Source: an uncultured Acidobacteriota bacterium (GTDB lineage: Bacteria > Acidobacteriota > Terriglobia > Terriglobales > Acidobacteriaceae). From it: a stretch of 64,000 nucleotides of DNA. Positions 27,104-36,383 of this stretch are shown piece by piece. The notes under the pieces are model-generated. The model saw only the letters and a list, made by a program, of their open reading frames with translations. It was not told the origin of the DNA and ran no database searches. Positions within the stretch are counted from its first letter, which is position 1. Each line of letters starts with the position of its first letter. The stretch spans positions 74,222 through 138,221 of the forward strand of contig CAVTRK010000003.1 in assembly GCA_963737095.1 (NCBI GenBank), in the 5' to 3' direction. Both the position numbers and the translations under genes were made by a program.

Positions 27104-27478
27104 TCACTCGAGCACACCCAGCAGGCGCAGTTTGTCGGCGATAATGTCGCGGCTGAAGGGCTTCATCACGTATTCATTGGCTCCTGCTTCCAGCGCCGCC
27201 ATCACCTGGCGAGTCTCTGTTTCGGTGGTGATCATCATGATGGGAACCGCACTCAGCCGCGGATCGGAACGCAACTGCTTCACTAGCTCCAGCCCATTCA
27301 TCTCCGGCATATTCCAGTCCGCCATGATGGCGGCGAAGCTCCCCTGCTCACGCTCCACTACCTCAAGGGCCTCTTTTCCATCAGCGGCCGGACAGACCTC
27401 AAAGCCGAGCTCAGTCAACATCTTTGTCAAAATGATTCGAATTGTGCGTGAGTCGTCCACTACCATGGCCTTCGACAT
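27104..27478 (-). CDS. cheY: Chemotaxis response regulator CheY
   Basis: 124-aa single REC domain (MVVDDSRTIR...IMADWNMPEMNG...MITTE...ANEYVMKPF). Confidence 0.9.
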   Translation of the reverse strand: MSKAMVVDDSRTIRIILTKMLTELGFEVCPAADGKEALEVVEREQGSFAAIMADWNMPEMNGLELVKQLRSDPRLSAVPIMMITTETETRQVMAALEAGANEYVMKPFSRDIIADKLRLLGVLE

Positions 27479-27581
27479 ACGATTCGCGCCTGCTTTCCTT
27501 TCAGAAGTATTTGCACCAACTCAAAAGTGATTCAACGCTTGATCAACGAAACAGGTATATCGGGATCTGCGATGAATAGCG

Positions 27582-28124
27582 TTATGACCCAACAAGCATC
27601 CGACGGCGACTTTCCGCCTCCCAATCGAACGGTGTTCGCGGAACCAAGTGGACCATGACGTCCATCTTGTCTTCCCCGCAGCGAAAGCTGATCACCGTCC
27701 AGCGGTGGCGCCCCAAGGAATGCGCTGTCAGGCCCTGTCCAACTACGCAGGTGGGAGTGCTCAAGGCCATCGGACCCACAGATTGCTCGATGGTTCCTTT
27801 CACGTTGCCGATAATAATGTTGGTCAGCTCGCCAATCGCATCCAGCACATCGTCGTCGACAGTCGGAAAATCCATCATTAAAAAGCATCCTGCAATCCGT
27901 CTGGCGAACGAGGGGCTACAACAAAGACCACCGGTTCCCAGCCATGCACCGGCCATGCCAACAAATGAAATCACGCCGTCAAAGTGTACTGAGAAGTCCT
28001 GCTCGAAGGACGGAGTTCCAGGTTCAATCTCCATATCCAGCATGGTGGCGAATACCTGCTCCGTGGCTCGACATATTGCCTCGTACAGATCTTCCGGACT
28101 CGGTCCCATCATTTCCTCCGCCAT
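27582..28124 (-). CDS. CheX/CheC-like CheY-P phosphatase
   Basis: A DDDVLDAIGELTNIIIGNVKG motif (E-x2-N type) in a ~180-aa protein at the head of the che operon. An SD GAGGG lies 7 nt upstream of ATG 28124. Longer track start trimmed. Confidence 0.6.
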   Translation of the reverse strand: MAEEMMGPSPEDLYEAICRATEQVFATMLDMEIEPGTPSFEQDFSVHFDGVISFVGMAGAWLGTGGLCCSPSFARRIAGCFLMMDFPTVDDDVLDAIGELTNIIIGNVKGTIEQSVGPMALSTPTCVVGQGLTAHSLGRHRWTVISFRCGEDKMDVMVHLVPRTPFDWEAESRRRMLVGS

Positions 28125-28508
28125 ACCTTTTCCCTCGCGACCCATCGCTGCTCTTGTTGCATCGTGTTGCAATCTCCCGCGAACGATAGCGCCGCGGATG
28201 TGACAGTCTCTGGGAGCGGGTGCAGTCCGGCAGCCCAGGACCAGCATTTTCATCTGCGTATGTCTTGACTATCGACGGGGAGCAGGGCGAACGTTAACAA
28301 TCTGTGACGTGGGGATGAACCAGCAGCTGGCTTTGTTCACGCGGCGAGCCCTGGTGCATACATCTGCCGCGGCTCGCATCCTTTGCGCGTTCTCGGTAGA
28401 GTGGCATGGACAGGCAAAACACCGATGCGCCGTTGCCTGCAATGTGATTCGTTGTAACGCCGCGATATTGTTGCAACTGAAATCGACTGTGCCTGTGGAG
28501 GATGTGCC

Positions 28509-30437
28509 ATGATTCGACCGATTCGCAATGTGGCCGGAATGATTTTCAGCCTGGTGACGTTGGTACCGCTCTGCATCGCGCAACAAGTCACATCCCAGGA
28601 TGCAGGCCCGGTGTTGACCATCCAGACAGACACTTCTGTGGCTCACGTCAGCCCGACCTTGTATGGATTGATGACCGAGGAAATCAATCATTCCTATGAC
28701 GGCGGAATCTATGCGGAATTGATTCGCAACCGTGCCTTCCAGGACGATCCGCATCATCCCGACCACTGGCGAATATTGCGGGATGGAAATGCGCTTGTGT
28801 CGATGAAGATCGACGACTCTACCGGCCCCAGCACTGCCCTCAGCAGCAGTCTCAAGCTGGCGGTGCACCGAGCCGATGATGCGGATCCAGCCGGAATCGT
28901 AAACAACGGCTACTGGGGGATTCCGCTGCGGCCCAACACTACCTATGCGGCCTCGTTCTATGCCAAGAGCGATGGCGAATCATCGGGTCCGGTAACGGTG
29001 AGTCTGGTGAACAACGATACAGGTGGCAGGGTCGCGACGGCCAGCGTGCCCGCTCTGACGGCGGAATGGAAACAATATAAGGTCGCACTGCAAACCGGCC
29101 AGATTGCGGCTTCTGCCAGGAATCACCTGACATTATCAGTGACGCGGCCAGGGACAGTATGGTTCAGCCTGGTCTCGCTGTTTCCGAAAACCTATCACGA
29201 CACGCCGAATGGCAATCGCGTCGACCTGATGCAAAAGCTCGCAGCCATGCATCCTGCCTTCCTGCGCCTTCCCGGCGGAAACTACCTGGAGGGCGACCAC
29301 ATTTCCGAACGTTACCCGTGGGAAAAAACGCTCGGCCCATTAGTCGACCGTCCCACCCACCCCAGTCCCTGGGGCTATCGCAGTTCTGACGGCCTGGGGT
29401 TGCTGGAATTTCTGGAGTGGTGTCAGGATCTGCACATGCAGCCGGTACTGGCCGTCTATGCCGGCTACTCCATGGCACAGGAGCATGTGACACCCGGCCC
29501 GGATCTGGCACCCTACGTTCAAAGCGCGCTTGAGGAAATCGAGTACGTCAGCGGTGGTGCGGATACGAAGTGGGGCGCCGTGCGCGCTAAGGATGGCCAT
29601 CCCGCTCCTTTCCCTCTCACCTACGTCGAAGTCGGAAATGAAGACGAATTCGACAAGTCCGGCAGCTATGACGGCCGGTTCGCGCAGTTCTACGACGCCA
29701 TCAAGAAGGCTCATCCGAACTTGCAGATCATTGCAACCGCGCCGGTAAAGAGTCGAACCCCGGACGTGATTGACGATCATTTCTATCGCACGGCGCAGGA
29801 ATTTTTTGCCGATACCCACCATTACGATCAAACCGATCGCAAAGGTCCGAAGATTTTTGTAGGAGAATGGGCGACGCGCGAGGGCTCGCCAACGCCAGAT
29901 ATGGGAGCCGCTTTGGCCGATGCTGCCTGGTTGACCGGCCTGGAGCGCAACAGCGACATCGTGATCATGTCCAGCTATGCGCCGCTGTTCGTCAACGTCA
30001 ATCCTGGAGCCTCGCAATGGGTTCCGGATCTGATCGGCTATGATGCGCTCGAAAGTTATGGCTCGCCCAGCTATTATGTGCAGGCGGTGTTCAGCAACCA
30101 CATTGGGAAGGAAGTGCCCGCGTCCACTTTAATGGGCGCACCTCCGTTGCTGTTTACTTCTGTCACTCGGGATACGGCGAAGAAACGGCTGTATGTGAAG
30201 GTGGTCAACGCTTCATCGAAGCCACAGTCGCTCGAGATTCAGATGACCGGCAAAGAGAGACTGGCAGGTACCGCCTCAGTGACGACAATCAGCGGGCATT
30301 CGACGGAGGAGACGAACTCGCTCGCTGACCCTACAAGAATCGTCCCCGTCAAAAGTGAGATCCGCGATGTATCCTCCGACTGGCATCATGTGTTTCCACC
30401 GTACTCGATTCAGGTCATCGACATGGCCTTGCAATAA
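28509..30437 (+). CDS. Secreted GH51 alpha-L-arabinofuranosidase with an N-terminal CBM-like domain
   Basis: Motifs LYGLMTEEINHSYDGGIYAELIRNRAF, FLRLPGGNYLEGD, YVEVGNEDEF and IFVGEWA. Signal-like N-terminus. An SD GGAGGA lies upstream. Confidence 0.85.
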   Translation: MIRPIRNVAGMIFSLVTLVPLCIAQQVTSQDAGPVLTIQTDTSVAHVSPTLYGLMTEEINHSYDGGIYAELIRNRAFQDDPHHPDHWRILRDGNALVSMKIDDSTGPSTALSSSLKLAVHRADDADPAGIVNNGYWGIPLRPNTTYAASFYAKSDGESSGPVTVSLVNNDTGGRVATASVPALTAEWKQYKVALQTGQIAASARNHLTLSVTRPGTVWFSLVSLFPKTYHDTPNGNRVDLMQKLAAMHPAFLRLPGGNYLEGDHISERYPWEKTLGPLVDRPTHPSPWGYRSSDGLGLLEFLEWCQDLHMQPVLAVYAGYSMAQEHVTPGPDLAPYVQSALEEIEYVSGGADTKWGAVRAKDGHPAPFPLTYVEVGNEDEFDKSGSYDGRFAQFYDAIKKAHPNLQIIATAPVKSRTPDVIDDHFYRTAQEFFADTHHYDQTDRKGPKIFVGEWATREGSPTPDMGAALADAAWLTGLERNSDIVIMSSYAPLFVNVNPGASQWVPDLIGYDALESYGSPSYYVQAVFSNHIGKEVPASTLMGAPPLLFTSVTRDTAKKRLYVKVVNASSKPQSLEIQMTGKERLAGTASVTTISGHSTEETNSLADPTRIVPVKSEIRDVSSDWHHVFPPYSIQVIDMALQ

Positions 30438-30448
30438 GGGAGTGCTTC

Positions 30449-31585
30449 ATGAGCATTGTTACCAGAAGGCGTGGATCATTCGCGTATATTTGCTTGTTGT
30501 GTATTTTTGCTGTTCAGGGGTTGTGTATGCAGGCGGAAGTAACAAAGGCAATCTTCGGCTCGATGCCCGACGGAACAAAAATTGACATATTCACCCTGCA
30601 CGAAGGCGACGTGACGGCACGCATTATGACCTATGGGGCTCGTGTGGTCTCGCTCGAGGTTCCAGATCGCAACGGCAAAGTGGCGGATATCGTCCTGGGA
30701 TATGACTCTCTAGAAGGATACCTGCACGATCCCAAGACTTATTTTGGCGCGATTGTAGGACGCTACGGCAACCGCATCGGACACGGCACCTTTGTTCTGG
30801 ACGGCAAGCGGTATCATCTGCCGAAGAATGACGGCGAAAATAGTCTGCACGGTGGAACCGTCGGATTCGACAAGCGCGTATGGACGGCCCATGAGATTCC
30901 CAATGGAGTGGAAATGACGCTGGTCAGCAAGGATGGAGACCAGGGATATCCGGGCACTCTGACGGCGCATGTGCGATACACGCTAAGCGCGCGTGCCTTG
31001 AAAATCGAATACTCTGCGACGACCGACGCCGACACCGTGCTGAACCTGACCAACCATAGCTATTTCAATCTGGCGGGGGAAGGAAGCGGCGACATTCTGG
31101 ACGAAGTGATCACCATCCCCGCAGATCGATACACACCGGTAAACTCCGGATTAATCCCGACCGGAGAGCTAGCGCCGGTTGCGGGAACGCCGTTCGATTT
31201 CCGTACACCCACAGTGATTGGAAAGCGAATCGACCAGGACAATGAACAGCTAAAATTCGCCAAAGGGTACGATCAGAACTTTGTGCTCAACCAAGCCACG
31301 AGCGGTCCGGCGCTGCATGAGGCTGCCCAGGTGATGGATCCAAAGAGCGGCCGCGTGTTAACTGTAAAAACGACGCAGCCCGGGGTGCAGTTTTATTCAG
31401 GGAATTTTCTCGACGGCACCGCCCATGGCAAGCATGGGCATGTTTACGAGAAACGCGCCGGATTCTGCCTGGAGACACAGCACTTTCCCGATTCTCCCAA
31501 CCAGCCAAATTTTCCATCAACTCAACTGAAGCCCGGCCAGACATTTCACAGCGTGACGGAATACATTTTCTCAACGCAGAAATGA
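30449..31585 (+). CDS. galM: Aldose 1-epimerase (galactose mutarotase), with a signal-like N-terminus
   Basis: Motifs IVLGYDSLEGYL, YFGAIVGRYGNRI, FVLDGKRYHLPKNDGENSLHGG, FDKRVW, TNHSYFNL and FCLETQHFPDS. Confidence 0.85.
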   Translation: MSIVTRRRGSFAYICLLCIFAVQGLCMQAEVTKAIFGSMPDGTKIDIFTLHEGDVTARIMTYGARVVSLEVPDRNGKVADIVLGYDSLEGYLHDPKTYFGAIVGRYGNRIGHGTFVLDGKRYHLPKNDGENSLHGGTVGFDKRVWTAHEIPNGVEMTLVSKDGDQGYPGTLTAHVRYTLSARALKIEYSATTDADTVLNLTNHSYFNLAGEGSGDILDEVITIPADRYTPVNSGLIPTGELAPVAGTPFDFRTPTVIGKRIDQDNEQLKFAKGYDQNFVLNQATSGPALHEAAQVMDPKSGRVLTVKTTQPGVQFYSGNFLDGTAHGKHGHVYEKRAGFCLETQHFPDSPNQPNFPSTQLKPGQTFHSVTEYIFSTQK

Positions 31586-31603
31586 GCCAGCCGGAATTCA
31601 GCC

Positions 31604-33031
31604 TTAGTCTTCTTCCGGTTCGTGGAAATACATATTCCAGTCGAGATAGTTGCTGGCCGCCTCATACACAGCGCTGGCTGACTCTGAGAAGTTGGCGGCC
31701 ACATGGTGCTCGAAGCCTTCTTGGCAGATGAAGCGCAGCAGGCTCTGCAGCCGCGGAATCTCCACCACACCCGCACCACCGAATGTTTCCAATGGATCGT
31801 TGGTAAATTTGCCGCCGCCGACATAGCCGCGCATCTCGCCGTTGCGGTCATCAGTTGAGAAGCGAGCATAGCTCATATCACCCGCTTTCACGCGGCCCAC
31901 ACATGTGCCAAAGGTGTTTTCCTTGCCCACGGTGCCGGCAATGATTGCCTGGAAATCCATCACCACATCATTGAAGAAATGTTTCGGCAGGTTTGAGCAA
32001 TGAAAGCAAACTGCTTTATCGGGATCGTCGCCGTAATTGTTATTCCAGTCGAGCAGCGCGCTCGGCGTCTCCGATGCCAGCGCCAGTGCATGCATGCTCA
32101 GCGTGCCGACAACGTCCACCTCGCAGGCGGATGGAATCAGATTCTCGCTCATCATGCTCATAATGGTGCACGGTACTACGCCAAAATATTCTTCCAGGGA
32201 GGTCCAGCATTGCACCGCACTGATCGTGGTCTGAGTCTGCTGCATCCACTGTTCGATCACCCAACCCAGCTTCGCCATCTTAATCAGTGCCGGCTCAGGT
32301 ACAGCCGAAGTCTTCACGTACTTCTTGATCGCGGCCAGCTTGGCTTCGACATTGCTGTCGCCATCCTTGAGCCTGTCGATGCGGCCCAGAATTTCTGATA
32401 GATCGATTGGTTCGACCGAGATTCCATTCGCCTCCAGCAGCTTTTCGCTGTAGCGAACAGTGTTGAATGCCGCCGGTCGAGCGCCGATGGATCCGATGCG
32501 CAAGTTCCGCAGTCCCCGCATCACGCGGCACACCGCGGCAAACCAGGCGAGATCTTTTTTGAACCCGTCGGAACTTGGGGAGACAGTGTGCAGTTTGGTC
32601 AGGGAATACGGAATGCCGTACTGCATCAGGTTGTTGCAGGCCGACATTTTTCCGCAAAAACTGTCGCGCCGAAATGCAATCGTCATCTTCGAGCTCTTAT
32701 CGGGCGTCGCCTGCACAAGGACGGGGACTTTCAAGGTGGAATAGCGCATGGCATCGGCAATTGCGCGCTCATCGCCAAAGTTCGGCAGGGTGACGATGAC
32801 GCCATCAATCTCGTCGCGATGCTGGCGAAACAGGTCGCCGCAACGTCTTGCTTCCTCGTGCGTCTCGATGGCCCCGTACTTTGACTCCTCCGGGCTCAGA
32901 GCGATCACGTGAACTCCTGCACCTTCGAGTACCTTCAGCATCTCCTCGCGACCCTCTTTTGCCAGATGGTCGGGGAAAAACCCACGATTGCCAACGATCA
33001 TTCCAAATGTCATCTGCCTGCCATTCTTCAT
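31604..33031 (-). CDS. L-fucose/L-arabinose isomerase-family sugar isomerase (substrate unknown)
   Basis: 475-aa cytoplasmic protein. Its overall layout resembles COG2407-type isomerases (GNRGFFPDHLAKEGREEM, VPVLVQATPD, CFHCSNLP). An SD AGGAG lies upstream of ATG 33031. The context is a pentose/hexose salvage locus. Confidence 0.6.
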   Translation of the reverse strand: MKNGRQMTFGMIVGNRGFFPDHLAKEGREEMLKVLEGAGVHVIALSPEESKYGAIETHEEARRCGDLFRQHRDEIDGVIVTLPNFGDERAIADAMRYSTLKVPVLVQATPDKSSKMTIAFRRDSFCGKMSACNNLMQYGIPYSLTKLHTVSPSSDGFKKDLAWFAAVCRVMRGLRNLRIGSIGARPAAFNTVRYSEKLLEANGISVEPIDLSEILGRIDRLKDGDSNVEAKLAAIKKYVKTSAVPEPALIKMAKLGWVIEQWMQQTQTTISAVQCWTSLEEYFGVVPCTIMSMMSENLIPSACEVDVVGTLSMHALALASETPSALLDWNNNYGDDPDKAVCFHCSNLPKHFFNDVVMDFQAIIAGTVGKENTFGTCVGRVKAGDMSYARFSTDDRNGEMRGYVGGGKFTNDPLETFGGAGVVEIPRLQSLLRFICQEGFEHHVAANFSESASAVYEAASNYLDWNMYFHEPEED

Positions 33032-33210
33032 TGCTCTCCTGCCTTTCTCTAATGCGCTGACTGCAATACCGCGGTCGGGTCGAAACGCCTCACGAAATCT
33101 ACCATAGCGAAGCTTAGTAGCGGTACATTGAACAAATCGAGCCCCAGCGTTTCAATACGATGAAAACCCGCTCCGTTCTCCGTCCAGTATTATGCCACTT
33201 TTGGTGCATA

Positions 33211-33227
33211 TAAAACGATTTAAATCG
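33211..33227. promoter_or_regulatory. Candidate LacI-type operator(s): TAAAACGATTTAAATCG (contains the perfect palindrome CGATTTAAATCG)
   Basis: Lies in the divergent isomerase/GH27 intergenic region. It shares the AAA(A/T)CG / CGATTT half-site with the sites at 33266, 34856, 36172, 48449 and 53141. Confidence 0.4.
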
Positions 33228-33265
33228 AGATTTTCATTTCCGGATAATCCAGGCTTCCAAGAAGC

Positions 33266-33279
33266 GCGTATCGATTTAG
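33266..33279. promoter_or_regulatory. Candidate LacI-type operator GCGTATCGATTTAG (reverse complement CTAAATCGATACGC)
   Basis: Exact 8-mer CGATTTAG about 75 nt upstream of the GH27 start codon. Confidence 0.4.
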
Positions 33280-33350
33280 AAGGATGGTTTGCAACACATT
33301 TCTGTATACTTCTCGCCGTCAGATAACGCCTGCCTCGGAGGACCGCCAAA

Positions 33351-34679
33351 ATGCGTCCATACGCCTTGCTGCTCGCTCTTGTTCTTGCGCCGATAAGTCG
33401 TGCCTATCCGCAGGTAGCCACCACACCCCCGATGGGCTGGAATAGCTGGGATTCCTACGGTCTGACCATTACTGAACCTGAGTTCAAGCAAAATGTTGAG
33501 TGGTTGCATACTCACCTGCAGTCAAGCGGCTGGCAATACGTGGTGATCGACGAAGGTTGGTACCTGGCCACGCCTCAGAATACAAATCAGGGCTATACGC
33601 TGGACGCGAACGGGCGTTATGTTCCTGCGGCCGACCGGTTCCCATCCGCCGGTATGGATCGTGGATTTAAGCCGCTGGCGGACTATGTGCATTCCCTGGG
33701 ATTGAAGTTCGGCATTCACATTATCCGAGGCATTCCCAAACAAGCCGTCGCCCGCAATCTGCCGATTGCTGGATCGAAATATCGCGCTGCGGAAGCCGCA
33801 GATACCTCCGACACCTGCCGCTGGAACCCGGATAACTACGGCGTGCGCGACAATGCCGCCGGGCAGGCCTATTACGAGTCGATCGCCAGGCTTTATGCCG
33901 GTTGGGGTGTCGATTTCGTCAAGATCGACTGCATTTCGCAGCCTTACAAGACTGCCTCGATACACATGGTGAGCCGCGCACTGAAGAAGTCCGGCAGGCC
34001 CATCGTGTTAAGCCTCTCGCCAGGGCCTACGCCGCTGGCAAACGCTTCCGATGTGGTTCAGCAAGCGCAGATGTGGCGTATTTCAGGCGACTTCTGGGAT
34101 ATCTGGGGTCGCGGCGACACATCTACCGATTTCCCGCAGAGTTTGACACATCAGTTTCCGCTGTTGGCAGAGTGGGAGAAATATGCCGGGCCAGGTCATT
34201 GGCCGGATGCAGACATGCTGCCGATTGGCTGGCTGGGGCCGCGACCGGGATATCAGCAGGCACGTGCCTCGCGGTTCACTCCGGATGAGACAAAGACAGT
34301 ACTGACACTCTGGGCGATCGCGCGGTCTCCGATGATCCTTGGAGCGAATCTCACCCGCATGGATCACGCAACCGAGGCGATGTTGACCAATGCAGAGATC
34401 CTCGCAGTCAACCAGAATTCAGCCGGCAACCAGGCGCGAGTGCACACAGGGACAACCTGGGTATGGACCGCACATGCCACATCCGTGAAGGGCGACTACG
34501 TTGCGCTGTTCAACGTTGGTAATGCGCCGATCGACTTGCAATACACATGGCATGACTTGGGAATCCCGCCCGGCAGCCACAAGGTGCGCGATCTATGGCT
34601 GCATCAGCAACTGGGGGCCACTGGAGGCATCCAGGTGACGCTGCAGCCGCACGGGGCAGCGCTGTACCGCGTGCAATAA
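33351..34679 (+). CDS. Secreted GH27 alpha-galactosidase
   Basis: Motifs PPMGWNSWDSYGLTITE, YVVIDEGWY and VDFVKIDC. Signal peptide (MRPYALLLALVLAPISRAYP). SD GGAGGA. Confidence 0.85.
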   Translation: MRPYALLLALVLAPISRAYPQVATTPPMGWNSWDSYGLTITEPEFKQNVEWLHTHLQSSGWQYVVIDEGWYLATPQNTNQGYTLDANGRYVPAADRFPSAGMDRGFKPLADYVHSLGLKFGIHIIRGIPKQAVARNLPIAGSKYRAAEAADTSDTCRWNPDNYGVRDNAAGQAYYESIARLYAGWGVDFVKIDCISQPYKTASIHMVSRALKKSGRPIVLSLSPGPTPLANASDVVQQAQMWRISGDFWDIWGRGDTSTDFPQSLTHQFPLLAEWEKYAGPGHWPDADMLPIGWLGPRPGYQQARASRFTPDETKTVLTLWAIARSPMILGANLTRMDHATEAMLTNAEILAVNQNSAGNQARVHTGTTWVWTAHATSVKGDYVALFNVGNAPIDLQYTWHDLGIPPGSHKVRDLWLHQQLGATGGIQVTLQPHGAALYRVQ

Positions 34680-34855
34680 GGAAGACGCACCCGGCGGATT
34701 TGTGAGCGGCAGCCACGGGCTGTGAAACGTTCTTGGTTTCGTGAGACTCATTCGTACAACTTCCGTTCATTTCGCCGATTGCTTCACGATACTTAGGCCA
34801 ACAAACTCGCGTCCTGCCTCCTTACGCATAGAACGATAGCACCGCCGAACCCTCT

Positions 34856-34869
34856 CTCAAGCGATTTAG
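34856..34869. promoter_or_regulatory. Candidate autoregulatory LacI operator CTCAAGCGATTTAG
   Basis: Lies about 90 nt upstream of the lacI-family start. The 14-mer AAGCGATTTAGTCG (34859-34872) is repeated exactly, in inverse orientation, at 48446-48459. Confidence 0.45.
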
Positions 34870-34954
34870 TCGCTCGATTCCCCATTTGCGCAAAATCATT
34901 CGACACTGAGGAGTCCTGCTGATAGTCTTGTGTGTAATTTCGAAACGAAACGTT

Positions 34955-36076
34955 ATGAGCCCAAGTCAGCCGCTTGACAAATCAGCGAATACAGCTCAAA
35001 AGCCCGCTCGGACAACTCTCAAAGCCCTAGCCAATCATCTTGAACTTTCTCCGACAACGGTCTCATTTGTCATCAGCGGTTCACCGTTCGCCGAGACCAT
35101 CGCGAAAGGTACCCGCGAAAGAATCTGGGCAGCGGCGGAAGAATTAAATTATCGACCCAATGTTTTTGCGCGCTACCTGCACACTAAACGAACCTACAGC
35201 GTGGCCGTGTTGGTGCCCGATGTGGGAGATGAGTATTCCGCAGCTTTGATTGGCGGTATTGAAAACTGCTTGTCAAAGAAGGGATTTTTCTATTTTGTCG
35301 TAAGCCATCGCGGCGCGCCCGATCTTCTAAGAATGTCTCCCGATACATTGCTCGATCGGGGTGTCGAAGGAATGATCTTCATTAATACTCCGCTGAATCG
35401 AGCGTTGCCGGTGCCGATCGTGGCCATCTGCGACATTACCGAGGGACCCGGCATTACTCGTATCAAGATCGATAACGGCAAAGCGGCGACGCTTGCAATT
35501 GACCACCTCCTGAAGCTTGGCCATCGCGAGATCGCGGTTCTAAAAGGCCCGGAAGGCAACGGCGACACCGACGATCGCTGGGGGCAGTTTCAAAAGGGAT
35601 TCAAACGGCGCGGTATCAGAATTCGACCTGAAAATACCGTGCACCTTGGCGTATATCCAGAATGCAACGAAAAGACCATGGCAGAGAATGGATACGTTGC
35701 GGCTCAAAAGCTGCTGGAGCGCAAAAGAACCTTCACCGCCTTGGTCGCCTTCAACGATGCTTCCGCGATCGGCGCAATTCGTGCCCTCTCCGATGCTGGG
35801 TTGAGGGTACCGGAAGATGTTTCTGTCATCGGATTTGACGATATTCCGCAGAGCCTGTTCACAGTGCCGCGCCTGACAACGATTCGGCAACCGTTGTCTT
35901 ACATGGGCGAGTTGGCGGCTAACACGTTGCTGGAGAAAATCTCCGGAAACAATGGCGTCCCGAAGATGCTGAAGATCGAACCGGAATTGGTGGTGCGAGA
36001 AACAACCGCACCCAATCCGTTGGCTTCTTCCAGGAACTCAGCCGCAGGCAAAGCCTTGCGCCGCCCACGAAAATAA
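34955..36076 (+). CDS. LacI-family transcriptional regulator
   Basis: N-terminal HTH (TLKALANHLELSPTTVSFVISG...AAEELNYRPNVFARYL) and a sugar-binding core (YSVAVLVPDVGDEY..., ALVAFNDASAIGAIRAL, VSVIGFDDIP). ATG 34955 is preferred over the TTG at 34928. Confidence 0.85.
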   Translation: MSPSQPLDKSANTAQKPARTTLKALANHLELSPTTVSFVISGSPFAETIAKGTRERIWAAAEELNYRPNVFARYLHTKRTYSVAVLVPDVGDEYSAALIGGIENCLSKKGFFYFVVSHRGAPDLLRMSPDTLLDRGVEGMIFINTPLNRALPVPIVAICDITEGPGITRIKIDNGKAATLAIDHLLKLGHREIAVLKGPEGNGDTDDRWGQFQKGFKRRGIRIRPENTVHLGVYPECNEKTMAENGYVAAQKLLERKRTFTALVAFNDASAIGAIRALSDAGLRVPEDVSVIGFDDIPQSLFTVPRLTTIRQPLSYMGELAANTLLEKISGNNGVPKMLKIEPELVVRETTAPNPLASSRNSAAGKALRRPRK

Positions 36077-36171
36077 CAAGCCACTTCCCGATACTCCCTT
36101 CCGCCATTCTGCTCACGCCCGCAATTCTCTCCCCGGCATTCGTCCTTCGACTTTGGGCCTCCGGCAGCGAT

Positions 36172-36185
36172 CTAAAACGTTTTTT
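36172..36185. promoter_or_regulatory. Candidate operator variant CTAAAACGTTTTTT
   Basis: Contains the 10-bp palindrome AAAACGTTTT about 200 nt upstream of the GH3 start. It is a weaker match to the CTAAATCG motif. Confidence 0.3.
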
Positions 36186-36383
36186 CCGCTGATCCGACCG
36201 CAGATTTCGCCTTATAATTGACCTCGCTTGGCGGGTAGCGTCGAAGGCGTTCTGTAACTAAGGATTCGCCTCCTTCGAATTGCGCGAAAACGGCAACGTC
36301 GAAGTCCCGGCGCTGCGAGCGGGGCTTTCCTCGCCCCATAGAATCTGACATGCAGCACCCAGCGGCTCGGTGAGGAGTATTCC

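Noticed and set aside
26959-27117. N-terminal extension of the cheA ORF. The same kind of extension affects cheR to 20571, cheB to 21572, flgB to 17019, flgE to 6955, osmC to 58868 and the kdpD C-half to 60746.
   Set aside because: The extensions overlap the upstream gene, are Arg/Cys-rich, and lack an SD. Internal ATGs with good SDs or 4-nt start/stop overlaps give canonical N-termini.
28402-28416. Sigma-54-like TGGCATGGACAGGCA upstream of GH51. Similar near-matches lie at 19247-19262, 21530-21550 and upstream of flgB.
   Set aside because: The GG-to-GC spacing is off by one nucleotide, or the -12 GC is missing, in every case. The spacing in real -24/-12 promoters is strict.
29340-30101. 253-aa minus-strand ORF
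   Set aside because: It lies antisense inside the GH51 gene and has no motifs.
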